Assembly: GCF_002571385.2 (NCBI RefSeq)
Contig: NW_019218184.1
Location: 148,496 to 212,495, forward strand
DNA from: Stylophora pistillata
Taxonomy: Eukaryota
DNA length: 64,000 nucleotides
Reading direction: 5' to 3'
The notes under the pieces: generated by a model
Databases searched by the model: none
Told to the model about the DNA's origin: nothing
The model's input: the letters and a program-made list of their open reading frames with translations, nothing else
Part shown: positions 39,121-52,533 of the stretch, piece by piece
Numbering within the stretch: position 1 is the first letter of the stretch
How the letters are laid out: each line of letters begins with the position of its first letter
Position numbers and translations under genes: made by a program

Positions 39121-39483
39121 ACCGCTCCCCGGTTGGCTCAATTGGTTAGAGCGCCGGATTGTGTTTTGCGGGAGGTCGAGGGTTCGTGCCCCGGCCGGAC
39201 CAATACTCATGGTCTTAAAATAACTGAGGAGAATTTGCTACCTTTGTATAATATCAAGCAGAATGGATAGATATTCTAGTCTTCTCGGATAAGGACGAAT
39301 AAACCGTAGGCCCCGTCTCCTGCAGGGTTAGGGGTAGGAGACGTTAATTTCCCACGCATGAGATTACTGTGTGGTGGATGTCCTCCCCTGAGGTGGGATG
39401 GGTGGGTTTACTGGGCCCGCAGTAATTGGCGCGAGCTGTTGCGGGGTCCCTGCCTGTCGGCGAATCTAATAAATGAAATCAAT
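39121..39483 (+). mobile_element. Apparently full-length tRNA-derived SINE
   Basis: A box TGGCTCAATTGGTT, B box GGTTCGTGCCC, ~300-nt non-tRNA body, A-rich tail aataaatgaaatcaat. Confidence 0.8.
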
Positions 39484-42400
39484 ACATTATCCAGCAAGTA
39501 GATTGTGAGAATGAATAACCTTAACTCTTAAGCTTTGATACGTGACCCTTTTAGATGACATGTCGTATGACTTTTTTAAGAGATCTGTCAATTATCTCTT
39601 ACAACGGGAAAAAGCGGACAAAGAATCCTAAGTTATGCCCTCCCTAGGGCGTCGAGAGGTCGCCGAACGAAAAAAACGTTAGCTATGCGCGTGAAGGACG
39701 CGTTGTATGTACACTGTCTCCACGCACTTTGACTTCCCCTTCAGTTTCATGTGTGAAATAAAAATAAGGATGTCCACGACCCTATATTTTGTAAAGTACA
39801 CGCAATCATTACGTCATGTAGCATGTGCTAAATGAGCTTAAAAGCTGTTATCGTTATTATTATTACCCCGTGCGCATGTTACGCAAAATGTTTGGTTTTG
39901 TCATTATCCGAGCAGGTGAGATCCACATACACGGAAAACTTTCATGTTGGTGTTTGCCTGGTCTTGTTCGAACGAAACAGTCTAGATAAAATTTGAAAAC
40001 TCGGGAAGCTAAGTCGAAAATTTTTAAAACTCTTCTAGTTCTCCAGCGAGTACCAACGCAAACGCGATGTAATTTCTAGCATTATTGAAGGAGAATTATT
40101 GAGGAACTGAAAAAGTTTTATGAGAACTTTCCTTATGTTGGCGTAATTCAAGTCATCGAATTTGTCAGCCTCACATTTGCACATAAGTTAACAAACCGGT
40201 AATGGTGTGGTTGACTTACAGATCTATCACAAACCTCTGAACTTTATCCTAGCGAGTTGACGTGTATCTTAACGCGTTAACATCATCAGAATTACACTGT
40301 TAAAATAGCCAATACGAGATCAGAGTCAAAGACACACATCTGGTGAAGTAAAATTTTGTGACAAATGACTTTTAAGAAAAAATCTACCAAAGAAAATTGT
40401 AGAGATATCTTTTTTTCTAATGGTTTTCTATACTCTCAACCAATTAGAGCATCAAAAATGCTGATGAATCTAGAGTAATCCCTTTTTCCACTCTTGACGC
40501 CCGCCTCTTTCCTTGATTGCTTCGTTGTAGTGCTTATGTGTGCTCTGATAGGCTGTCGTGTTGATTGACAACCGCTTTTAGCCTTAAAAGGACAGGTGCA
40601 AGAGCCTAAGGTGAGAAACTAATCTGCAAAATCCTTTTCCAGTTACTGAAGAAGAACTAGTGACAAACGAAAAAAGAAAAAAAGCTACGTCATACGTGAT
40701 GCTGTGATATAGACCGCTGTGAACCAGTCAAATTATGGGAATTTCGTTCAAAATTCAGATAAAACAGTATTTCCAACAAAGAATGTAAGTTCGTAGAAGA
40801 AAAATAATACACTCAGCCGAGGTAGCTGATACATTTATTTTCTTAGAAGCATTCGTTAACCCTTTTTCCGCCTTACAACCATACGCCCTCACGCACTTTG
40901 AAGAAGTTGCTGATTTCAACACATAGATATGCAGATATTCTGAAAACTTGATAGAATTTTGGGAAGCAAAAATGAACAGTGTTCGCTAAGATCAAGGGGA
41001 TTGCTCCTGAAAGCAAAGCATCTTGTCTGAAACCGAATACAATCTACGATCACATGTATTCATTAAAGTTTGTTTAGTTCTTCTAGTTCTTCCGGCCTTA
41101 CAGACAATTGCTCCCACCTCAGCTCACGGCAAGTCGATTTTGTCAATTCACTGAAGGAAGTAATATTTCAACAAAATAATCCATCTTTGAGTTTTTAGTA
41201 AGTCACTACCAAACATAATTTTAACTTTTACTCTGGCTTCTCTGACACCTGGTCAACTGTAGTGTTTCTAAGCTGAACAATAAGCAAACGAAACTTAAAA
41301 AGCTCCTTTTGCTTTTGTTTTTTTTTTTTTTCTATGCGCTTCTTTAACCGTTAATCGAAAAACACGGATGTTTACCAATACTTGGACGAAGAAATGGGTC
41401 GAAAATAACTATTTAATGAGAAATATTTCTAAGTCTTATGTGTAGTCATAGCGACAGCGCCAGCGCCATTTAAAAAATGACAGACGTTCTCAATGTAACT
41501 TTAAATCATCATTTAAATGTTAAAGTAACACCACGTTTCTCTTTGGTACTGACAGCTTGAAATGATATGCCTTTAGAACCCCTTCAATTCAGCCAGCTAT
41601 AGAAATTTCGTAATGTGTTGCAAAATGGAATTTGTAATTTATATTAACGTAATAACCCACATTAGTTTAAGAGCGCCATCTGCTCAAAGTATTCTAATCA
41701 TTGCAAAAATAAAATAAATTGAACCACGATGAATATTAATTTTTGCCACAAATTTAATTTTGGGCAGCATAAAAGCTGTAAATTTCTTCAACGCTGTTTT
41801 GGATTTCTTTTTCATTACATTTTCGACCAAAAGAGATAAAACAATTGAAAAGTCAAATATAAACATTTTATTGGGAAATGTGTTCAGGTCCTTGAAATGT
41901 CATCAGTTTTGCTTTGAAACGTATTTTCCGCTTATTATTTAAACACCTTTGAGAAGAAACCTTAAATATCTGGCAGAAAAACCTTTATAGGTTCTATGTA
42001 TAACTCAGTTTGTCGCTTGATAGTTTGCGACTGAAAAGACCTCTTTTGTTAAAGTTATGAAATCTTTCTTCGTCATTTTAAATTTCTATGACAACATGAT
42101 TGGCAGTTCAACTAGAGCCACTTGTATGGATTCGCACTTTGTGTGAAGCACGGTATGTTTGAGTCAGGGGTACGGGCTTGTTTGTTCAGTCGCCCTTACG
42201 GAATATACTCAGCTGCCTCGCTACTCTTTAGGGGCTAAAATGGTATTGATTATAAAACACTCGTGTTTTAGAATGACTTTCAAATCGTCGCGATGCAAAT
42301 TTGCCAGAAACGCGGGGGTTGGCATGACAAAAGGACATCGCCAAGCGACGTTCTGTCTGTTAGAGATATAGAACCCCTTGGGTAAAAGATACCCGAGATG

Positions 42401-45400
42401 AAATGTGTTGCCTAGAGACTACATTTCAACGTGAAAGACGCGTTTCGCAGGAAACTAGCTCAGCAAAGGGTATTCATCACAACTTGAAGGAAAACACCAC
42501 GTCTCATGGTAACACTTTGACATCTTGTCCTAATTATGAATGACTAAGGATCAAAAGGGACAAAATTCATAATGGGGTAAAATCAAACAAAACCAACCAG
42601 TATAAAACAGTAGAATTAAAGTGAGAAACTTGCAAGTTACTTGTGCTGTGTACATCGTTAGATTTATGGGTCGTAGTTTAGGGAAACAAGAGATAAAGTT
42701 TAATTTTTTTGTGTTTGTGCGTGAGATGGACTTTCATTCGCAAAGACGAAAACCTGGTCCATTAGAACTGTTCGTCTGAGTTTTGTCGCGTGCACGATTA
42801 ATCGGAATCATCTTTGGCGTATCGCATGTCCGGTCTTAAACAGAAACCCTCTCTCATGACGATCGAAATTGTTCATTTAGAACGGCTGATCACGAAGGGA
42901 GATTTCGGTGAAATCATTCCATATTCAGTAAAACGAAATGTGGCGTTAGGCTAGAATTCCTGGTGATGTAATTTGTCAAAACGCGGCAAATTAAGCCGCT
43001 TTCCTGGGACTTAAATTACGCTTAATGGTTAGCCGTACTGAAGTGCCTAACAAGCTGCAGAAATCCATATTACTTATTCATGAAGGGATTTGAAAACAAC
43101 CCGAGGTTTACATTGCCCGTGAAATCAGTTTGCAATCACATGTTTTCACCGACAACCTAGAAAAATATTTTAGTCTATGCTTCTTCTACTTTTAAAGAGA
43201 GCTTGTAAAAATAGTGTCTATTGATTTACATTAGATAACGAAAATTTGACTTGTTCGAAGTAAAACTGATATTCTGATAGAAAATATGGACTAGCATCTT
43301 GTACCGATTGTGATAAAAATCTCATGAACATTTCCCTTACAACTTGAACGAGAATTCATTTCAGATTTCAGATGTCAAAAGTAAATCGCGTGGGGGTTAA
43401 GTGCAAAATTTAGTTCGGTTCTTTTTTCCGAAACTTTTGATTGTACATCGTACCATTAACACAGTGTTTCAAAACACTGTATTATTCACATTTGGCGAAA
43501 TTGTATGTCCCAAATGAAAAGTTGTACCTCTTCGAAAGACGACGCTTCCCAATATTGAACAGAGAAACTAATACCCTCTTCTCGAGCGTTTAAATATTGC
43601 AAGTCATGGTATAAAAATAAAAACAAGAACGCTTCCGTCAAGCTCGAGGCATGAAACGAAGAAGAAAAAAAACAAAATTATGAACTCACATGATCGCCTC
43701 TGTGTAGGATAAAGCTTCGAAATGTCGCTCTCAAGCATAGTAGGCAGTTTTGGAACACGAATCAAATGAAGCTGTTGTGTTTTTGGTAGCATTCGTCGTT
43801 TAAAACAGCGAGGTTTCGTTCATAGTCTACGTTCGTCTCTGGTGTTTACAAGGTGGTCACAGCTACATCAGCCGCGACGCAAGTGTACGACATCAAAACC
43901 AACTCACGGTCACAGTATCTTGCAGGTGTTCGGTGGAATAAATGCATTCACAAAAACTCATATTTGTTTACATGTGGCGGGCGGGCGGGCAAACATCCAC
44001 TATTTCGTCGTCTTGATTGTTAAATTCAACATGCGATTAGCCGCTTGTGAAAAGTGAAGTGATCACGTGATCACTAGCAGGTGCTCAACCCGGGGAAAAA
44101 ATGCAAAAAATACGCGAAACGAATCAATCCATCACAAATTCGCATTTTCATTCTTAATTACGTTGACAGATCAAGCGAGATCTAATGTCATTTAAAAACA
44201 TTGTAATTTTTTTTTTTGTCTGTAATAATCGTTCGAGACAAATTAGAGCTTTCTCGGTTTAGCTAAGTGACCTCAACAACTTGAGTATGAGAAAGCAAAA
44301 GCAACAAAAATTTTCGGACAAAATAAGGCGTTATCTTTCAAACTTAGTGATTCGTAAAACACGCGAATATTGCGCTTGATAGTGATAATTGTAACTTTCA
44401 ACATCAATCAATATTCTGAGGTATGATTAATGAAGTTTCGAGGCAGGTGCAGCTATTGGGCTTCTCAGCTGACGTTACTTGAGAGGAACAAAAAAGCCCT
44501 TTGGCGGACCAAAAAAAAATTGGCAGGTGACACTATGGGCAATTGCACAACAAACGAATAAAACCTAAGGTTAAAAAAACAACCACGATTCACTTTTCTC
44601 GCGAATGAAGCATTTTTTAACTATGTTTTCTCATCGTATCTTTTCCTTTAAAACCTACTCTTTTTGACGGGTCGAAAACAATAAAGATGGTTGAACTGAA
44701 TTGCAGGATTTCCAGCACGTTCTCGCCGATTTTGGCGCTGTTTATCTTAATTGCGTGGAATATTTATGATGGGTTTTTCTTCTGGAAGACGGCTGATGAC
44801 ATCTGAGTAATTGCTCTTTTTTCAACTCAGTTGGGAGCCGAAAGTCAATTTCCTACCCTGTACTTCGGCTGGGATTTTAAGCGTCCAAAAGACAGTGAAA
44901 GTAGCGCGTCATTGTCATAAAACGTTTAAATCGCGTGGTAGCAAAGTTACGGGGGCTTTCTGCAGCGCGTTAAAAGAATGACAAATATGAAAACGCTGTG
45001 AATTCATATATTTTGAGGAACACTTTTCTACGTGTAATTACAGTACAGGAAAACACAAGTAAAACAAATTGCGATTTCCTCAATGTATTGTTTGCAATTG
45101 GATCTGAACATATTTCAATTTAGCCTATGGAACCAACGCTTTTTTCCTTCAATAAGAAATAGATTTACCACTTCAACGGAAGGATTTGAGTTTGACAAAA
45201 TCCTATAAATTAGACGCGATTCTCAATTTTGATCCGAATTTTAATCGAAAGGAAAAGCCCCAACTGCACTTTTGCAAGGAAAATAACAAGATAAAAGGCC
45301 TTTTTCAAAGTTAACAATTATTATCACATCAAAACGAACCTGAGTAAAATCGAGAAAGAAATGAATACGCTTTGATCAAGAAATGAATGCCGCTTGGAAA

Positions 45401-46764
45401 AGTACAGGTGAAACTGATTTTAAGCCAAAATAAACATTACGTTTGAACAGCGTAAATAATGAAAATATTAGAGAAATGCTGAACTCTGAATGGAATACAT
45501 CTTACTTTCACTTTAATAGACATAGCGAGTCAGCTTCTGATTTTCTTCTTCTTACACCTTCGACAAAGTTATATACTTTTTTCGTGGATGAAATGGACTT
45601 GTAATATTGGCAAATTTCACGGAAGTACTTGATTTTTAATTGCTTTAGGTTCTCTCTATGCTCTGGCCTTGAATGATTAGAAATTAACACAAAATTATGC
45701 CTAACAACCTATAAATCGAGAAGTCCTGCTTTTTCAGTAATTTGCTTTGGAAAAAATACGATCTTTAAATGCAAAAGGAATAACTGTGCAGACGAAATAG
45801 GAATTGTCAAAGAGGGATTTTGACAATGGAGGTAGAAACATCAATCATACATTGAGAATTTTTTTCTTTGGGTAGCAAAGGTCTCTTCAATTAACTTTTC
45901 CTTTTTTTCTTAAAATAGCGCATCAGTTGGAGTAGTTCTGACAAATGAATCCGGAATTAATCTGATGAATGGGCACAACATATTAAAAGGTGAAAAAAAC
46001 ATGTTTACTTCGCCTTTTTTTTTTTTTTAACTGGAAAGAGGCTTTGTAACTGATCGACTGAATTTCATTGAACACATTTGATAGTTTGTTGAAATCAGCC
46101 AAAAATGTAAGAAAAATAAAGATTGATCAGATAAGAAGTTTCCACTATTATGATAGGTAAGAATTTACAATTAGGTTATGGACAATAACGTTAAATTTCA
46201 TACACGCATTCACAGTCTTTGCTACAATTTGACCAGTTTTCGAATGGGAGCAGTAAAAGTGTTTGCTGATAAGATGTTTGCGTTTGTATGTACAGGTCTT
46301 TGAAGCAACATGTGTGAATTTTCAACGAATGCCTTTTGTAAAAAATCTCCTTCAGGAGTTTCCTTACATATTTAACTTCGCTGGCGACAAAATGACTCAG
46401 TGTTGAGTGCTTTAAATCATAGTTACGCTTCGATATTATGCCGGCAATTTTTACGGAAGAAAATTTCGTTTGCACAAACAATTACCCCCTTGTGTCGGAG
46501 AGGGGGATCTACCGAGAGTTTCCTCCCTGGTGTACCAGGGGTAGCCGCATCTCGAAATCGGTTCACTTGAAATTGAATGCGCGGAATCTAACCTGCGCTA
46601 AAATCAAATAAATGTTTCATCGTTTCTCATTACAACACAAAAGACCTTTATCTGTAGTAGCGGCTGAAAACTACCTGAAAATTACTAGATAGAGCACTTT
46701 TTGATCAAAGCAAATAAATCACGACGGCTAATCGGAACAGAGTAAGTATTGTATGAAGGCCCTG

Positions 46765-47324
46765 TGTTACGAAAAATAGTGTTGTGTGACATGCATGACC
46801 TTCTGGAAGCTCCGCGAAAAGTGATGGCCTGTTTATTTTAGTATATTATGTAATCGTTTCTAAAAGCGGTATATTTTGTAATGTTGCAGTGATTAGACCT
46901 TTTTTAGAAAGTTCTAGAATTTTATCGCGTAAGTATATAAGTAGGATAGGTTAAGCTAAGCTTTAATTAAGTTTTTACAAGCAAAGAGAGTTGGTCGTGA
47001 TCAGTCGAGATCAGTGAAGTGTGACGAGGCAGTGTTTGTTGAATTTGGCGGAGGCCGTAAGTACTTTCAAGTTTATTGAATTTGGCGGAGGCCGTGTGTA
47101 TTTTTCAAGTTGTTTGACGTTGGCGGAGGCCGTATGTATTTTTTTAAGTTGGTCGAAGTTGGCGGAGGCCGTGTAAGTTTACCAAGTTACGTACTAGTGT
47201 AAGGTTTATCAAGCTAGTGGAAACTACGTTCATTTTGGAATAAATCTCCTTGTTGCTGTTCCAACAACCCTGCGTTCTGCTTAGACTGCAAATCACCTGC
47301 CACTCAACCATGGAACTCGTAACA
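46765..47324 (+). mobile_element. Solo LTR (560 bp)
   Basis: TGTTACGA...TCGTAACA inverted termini, perfect 5-bp TSD CCCTG (46760-46764 and 47325-47329), TATATAA at about 46934, AATAAA at about 47239. Confidence 0.9.
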
Positions 47325-48420
47325 CCCTGAGAACTCAAATTGTCTAAAGCGTCGGAAAACGCCAGCGAGGAAGTCGCGGTTAGTTTTGCATCTGATTAGC
47401 TCGGACAGCCTGAGGTGTGAGATTCCTAGACCAATCACAGAGCAAAGTAAAACAAACTGAGCGAAAAGGGCTGGGGGAGGGGGAGCTTCAACCCTTTCCA
47501 TCACAAAAGCGCTATTGAGCTATAAATATCTGAAAGATTTTCTTTTAGTTTTTTTATTGCGTACTACGCTAGTCGTTGGCGGTGTTAATCCACAATCTAA
47601 GAGTTTTTCACAAATCATAATTTGTTTAAAACCTGGCTGAAAATGTAAAGGATCACGTCAAAAATCGAGAGGGTCTGGAGAGGGTTGACAATCTTAGATA
47701 TGAGGGGGGGGGGAAAGGTCAGGGAGAGAAAAAAATCATGTGTGAATTTTCAACTTCAGTAGAAATAAAGGCACACTCAAGAGAGAATCCTACGCCTATT
47801 TTCACTTGAATATTGCACTAAAGAATCGACAACAGCAGTGTGATTTTATGCCCCTGACCCCCCTGAATGCTTTAATTTAGTGAACGCGATCGCTCGGCTT
47901 TCGATTGCAAAAATAAGAGACTTAAAGCTTGTCAAGAAAATTGAAAAGCCAAATAAACCGTGGGAAATTATGTATGCAGAACAAGAAGGAAGAAGAAGGA
48001 AAACTTTTAAAGGAAAGTTATTAAAAATAGGGTTCTCACTACTCGTACAGGCTGTAAACCACGATCAATTGTCCGCTTTAGTTCAGAAAGTGCTTTGTCT
48101 ACAATTCTAGTTTACACATTGCCAACATATACGTCGACCACTTTGACAAATTTTCGGTCACATGGAGACATCTACTATGACAAGTTATTTTCCCGACGAC
48201 TCTTCAATTTTCAGTGCTCTTGCCTTGAAGAACGAAGGGCTAATTTATATCTGCATCTAAGTATCAAAACAATATTACTACTGCTATAATTTGACTGCGA
48301 AAATGGATCGAAGCTTCCTGATACAGTTACATTGTGTTCTCTAAAAAAACACTTGAAAAAAATCAAATCACTAAGGATGGGGCAAAAAAAAGAAAAAGTA
48401 AACAACTTCTCATGACAGTG

Positions 48421-49908
48421 GGGACTTTAAGAAACCACGACGGCGACGCCAAGGAAGACTTCGATTAAAAAATGAATTTCTACTCTTAGTTAGAATTTTA
48501 AAAAATGGCTGCAAGAGCTTACTGTCTCATACAGCGCCACAGCTCAGCTTCAGCATGACGTATAAAGTAGCCTTTGAGTTCCAAATGGAAATTAAAATAA
48601 TTTGCCGTCGCGGTTTCAATAGAGTGAAAATAAAAGGAGTGACAAGTGACTGGAAAAGGATGGTGCTTGGCTGCCCGCAAGGCTCGGTGTCTTTTGGCCC
48701 CCTTCTGTGGAATTTGTTCCAAAATGACATGTCATTCCATATAAATAATGCTAATTTGAGCATGTATGCCGACGACCAGCAGATGTATGTCATGGAGAAG
48801 AAGTATGACGTTGTCGCGCAAAGTATCAAGATACATGGAGAGAAAGCTCTCTCCTGGTACAAGAACAACTGTCTCTCGACCAACCCAGAAAAGTTCCAGC
48901 TATTAACGATCAACCCGAGAAATGTTGACAAAGACAAGGAAAATCTGTTGACGGTCATACTATTAAGAGAATGGGGGAAATAAGGCTTTTAGGAGTTCAA
49001 ATCGATGAAAAATTGAGTTTTACTAGTCATATCAGTGATCTATGCTCGAAGGCCGGTCAAAAAGTAGGGGTCCTAGTGCGGCTACGCAATTTGATACCCT
49101 GTAATGCTAAACTATCACTTTACGGGTCTTCAATTCTGCCCCATCTAACCTACTGTCATCTAGTATGGCACTTTTGTAATGCATCGGTTCGGAGAAAGCT
49201 TGAGCGGATTCAGGAGCGAGCACGTAGGGCGGTGTACAAAACTAGATCAGCGTCCTATCAAGAACTGCTAAGTCGCGCCAAACTGCCGTCGTTGAACAAT
49301 CGGCGCCTACAAGACATTGCCACTTTGATGTTTAGAGTAAAGCACAGTCTCGTACCCGAGAATATTTCTGACTTATTTAATATAAAGAACACTCAGTATA
49401 ATTTACGGAACAGTGACTTCGAACTGCCAAGATTCGAAACTGTAAGATTTGGTGGGAATTCTATTAAATATATGGGACCTCTCATCTGGTCGAAGTTACC
49501 AAGACACCTAAGAACGATAGAAACTCTAAATTCGTTCAAGAAGAACATAAGAAAAGTCGACCTTTCGACTCTCGTTGAAATTTAAAACTTAAGTAAATAA
49601 CTTTATAATCTTTTTAATTATCTACTGTAAATAACTATTATCTAAATATGTAAATGTATTGACTTTTAAATTTTTTAGTGTCCCCCATTAGCTTATAGCT
49701 AAAAACATAGACACAAATAAAGTTTTTCATTCATTCATTCGGTTCGCAGACGACGCAAATTTGGGCGATTTCACGTTGTTGTTTTGCAAAGGAAGGCCAA
49801 GAAATGTACAAAGTTTCAAAACGCAAGTGCTGAATTATTGTTCTGCCAATTAGATCTCTTGTTTTTCCACGTCCTCGTTGCCGTCGCGTCGTGGTTTCTT
49901 AAGGTCCC
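48421..49908. mobile_element. MITE split by a LINE insertion
   Basis: gggactttaagaaaccacgacg at 48421 and cgtcgtggtttcttaaggtccc ending at 49908 are TIRs; a related partial copy lies at about 61181-61385. Confidence 0.75.
48530..49740 (+). mobile_element. 5'-truncated non-LTR retrotransposon (L2/CR1-group RT remnant)
   Basis: GCPQGSVSFGPLLW, YADDQQ, LLGVQIDEKLSF, LERIQERA, YMGPLIWSKLP; frameshifts; AATAAA and (CATT)n tail at 49728-49740. Confidence 0.9.
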
Positions 49909-51251
49909 TAGTAAATTTATGCAGACTTGGCGTGGATTACTTTCACACTTTCACGTGAATCCTCGAAATGCTGACGATGATTTGAAGGGCTGCACAGTAA
50001 ATTACTTTTCGAAAAACACTTTTACGGGATATTTTGAAACACATTTCTATTGTTTACCTCGTCTTTACAAACTTTATTTCCTTCACCAATACGAGTGCAT
50101 TGAGTCCAGCTCAATCCCTTGATTTCAGAATCTTTTTATCGCCAATTTTGAGTCTCTCTAAAGTAATATGAAAATATGACATACAAGTATGAGTCAGTCG
50201 ATGGAAATACTTCCTTAACTGCACACTGAATGATAATTCACCTCTTACCCTCCAAACTGAAAGTAAATCGTTCGAGAAGCGACGGGCTGTGCGAAAGCTT
50301 CGCTCGACAAAACTTATGAATGCACAGCATACTTAGTAGCCGCCCATCATGGATTTTGGCGCGAACTTTGCCATCTTTGCACAACACAAAAGAAGGAGAC
50401 ACACCAAAAAGAACTTGGAGTAAATTATAAATGAATGAAAATTGTGCTGGATTCCTGAAAATGTGAATGACCAAATGGGTGCGATTTCCTTGACTAAGCC
50501 ACCACAATCCTAGATTACTTTAAGCGCTCTAGGAATAACTTCTCTCTCCTAGAACGTGGATGCAATTTGTCCATATCTCCAGGAGTACGCTAATTTGACC
50601 CCAAAAAGCAGTCGTTATTTTTTATCTACGGAGTAAACTTATCCAGCGGAGGTCAAAACTACGCGTCGCGTCAACATAGCGGTCAAACGTCGGGCATGTG
50701 CAAGAGGATAAATTCTGGTCGCCAATTTTCCGTGCTAAAATTAAGGTTGTCTTGCAAAGTAAACGGAAGAAAATTAAAACATTTATAGAAATCTGTCAAA
50801 GGTAACAAAAATAGGGAAAAGAAAAACTCGAGACTTTTTGAACACAAAGCTTAGTCAAGTACGGGTATCCTGCTGATTTACCATTCTGTTTTAACTTTTT
50901 ACAATGAAAGTTATACGCTTTTAAAACACCGTGGCTTTCTGGCTTTTGTGGTTGTTTGTAACTCGTGTGTGACAACTTGTTTCCGACAACCCAAAAGCAC
51001 ACCAACCGGTAATTATAACATTTGCACATGCGCAGTCCTTTGACCGCTGTGTGCGTCGCATCTAGGCACTTGTGCGCGCTGTTTACGTCGCTTCGAGTCG
51101 TACGTAATAAACGAATCCAGGGCAACGAAGAATAAACTGACACAATTCTGCAAAATCGCTGTCACGGTTGGGGCATTTTGCAAGTGCATGCGAGGAGCGC
51201 TCGTTATTACAGTTTTTGTAACAGTGTTTTCGAAATTGGAGTACAAAAGAA

Positions 51252-52533
51252 ATGTGTGGATCACTTCTGTCGAAGTTTAAGAATCCAACCAACAAGATGC
51301 ACTCAGGAAACAAAAGTTTTACGGACCCAAGCCAGGCTCCGAGTGATAAAAGACTGACCGAGGAAGACGTGGCTTGGACTGAACACGGAGAGTTGTCTAA
51401 AGATGGACATCAAACTAGTGCATCGAACGTTCGTTCCATGAGAAAAAAACCCTGCACAAGCTCTCTCAAAGAGGGGTCTTCTAACGAAACTGATTCTTCT
51501 GAAACAGAAACAGAATCTGCCGTGTGCGCATTGGTTGACCAAAGCAGAAACATATTCCCTTCCGCGCGCATGAACAACAAGAATGATAGACTCCGCGTTT
51601 TGGATCGCGATGATCAATTGTTAGAAACTGCTCGTGAAATACTTATTTCTCAACTCCGTGCTTCCTCGTCAAGCTCCAATTCTGCCCAAGCTGTCAAGCC
51701 TTTCAGTTCGGCCGTTTCCAGTGTTCCAAACAAGACGCGAGCCGCAGTGGCATTTAACATTCCTGCAGGAAAAGCGAAATCGGTCTGTCCGCCTGCAAGA
51801 GTTCCAAGACGCTTCAGGCAGCGCAAAGTAGCACCCGAGCCTACTTTGGAAGATATAGAAGAGAAGATGCGTGCTGTTGAGAAGAGGAAGATGAAGGAGT
51901 TGGAGCGAGTCCGAGAGACCGCTCGTAGCAAGGCTAGACTGAGGCGACCACACCCTGTGATGACTTCTGCCCAAGCAACCGCTGTAAAAATCGCTGCTAA
52001 ACAAGCAGCTGCAGAAAGAAAGCGTAGAGAAGAAATGGAGAAGCGAAGACAAGCTGGAAGCAAAACTTCCCGAAGTAGGCGTAGAATTGCAGATGCACAG
52101 GCCTTCGTCAGGGACCAACTTCAGTTGTCCATTCAACATAAAGAGAAGGAGACCGAGCAGAGAAAAATAAAGTGGCAGATGAAGATTGATAAAAGGAATA
52201 AGATGAAACAGAAGTACGCCAAAAAAGTCAAAGATAGAGTAAGTTACATTTGGTGTCACTCGGTAACTGAATAAGACAACAATCCAGGGTTTAGCCGCCT
52301 AAAGAGAGATTTAAGAGACTTAGAGCATGAAGCCCATTCATTCCCATGGAGGCTAATAAATTCTCTTGCGTTTATAGGTTACTCGAAGACTGCGAGAAGA
52401 AGAGGCAGAAATCCGAGTAGATCTTCAAGACATGGAAACTTACAAAGCCTTGGATGATAGCAGCGACGAATCTTGGGGAGACGAAGAAAAGGAGAGAGTC
52501 AAATACGACTGGGAAGATTTCTTCTCAGACTGA
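51252..52533 (+). CDS. Stathmin-domain-containing protein (STMND1-like), 380 aa; exons 51252-52238 and 52378-52533
   Basis: AFNIP...PPARVPRRF...PTLEDIEEKMRAVEKRK resembles the stathmin/STMND1 motif; second repeat KIAAKQAAAERKRREE; GTAAGT donor and tttatag acceptor in phase 0; acidic C-terminus and TGA. Confidence 0.75.

Noticed and set aside
39121-39200. tRNA gene
   Set aside because: No proper acceptor stem or terminator; it continues into a SINE body. The same applies to 60664 and 63959.
47040-47180. CRISPR-like repeat-spacer pattern
   Set aside because: Repeats are only 14 bp, spacers resemble each other, the array lies inside an LTR, the context is eukaryotic and there are no cas genes.
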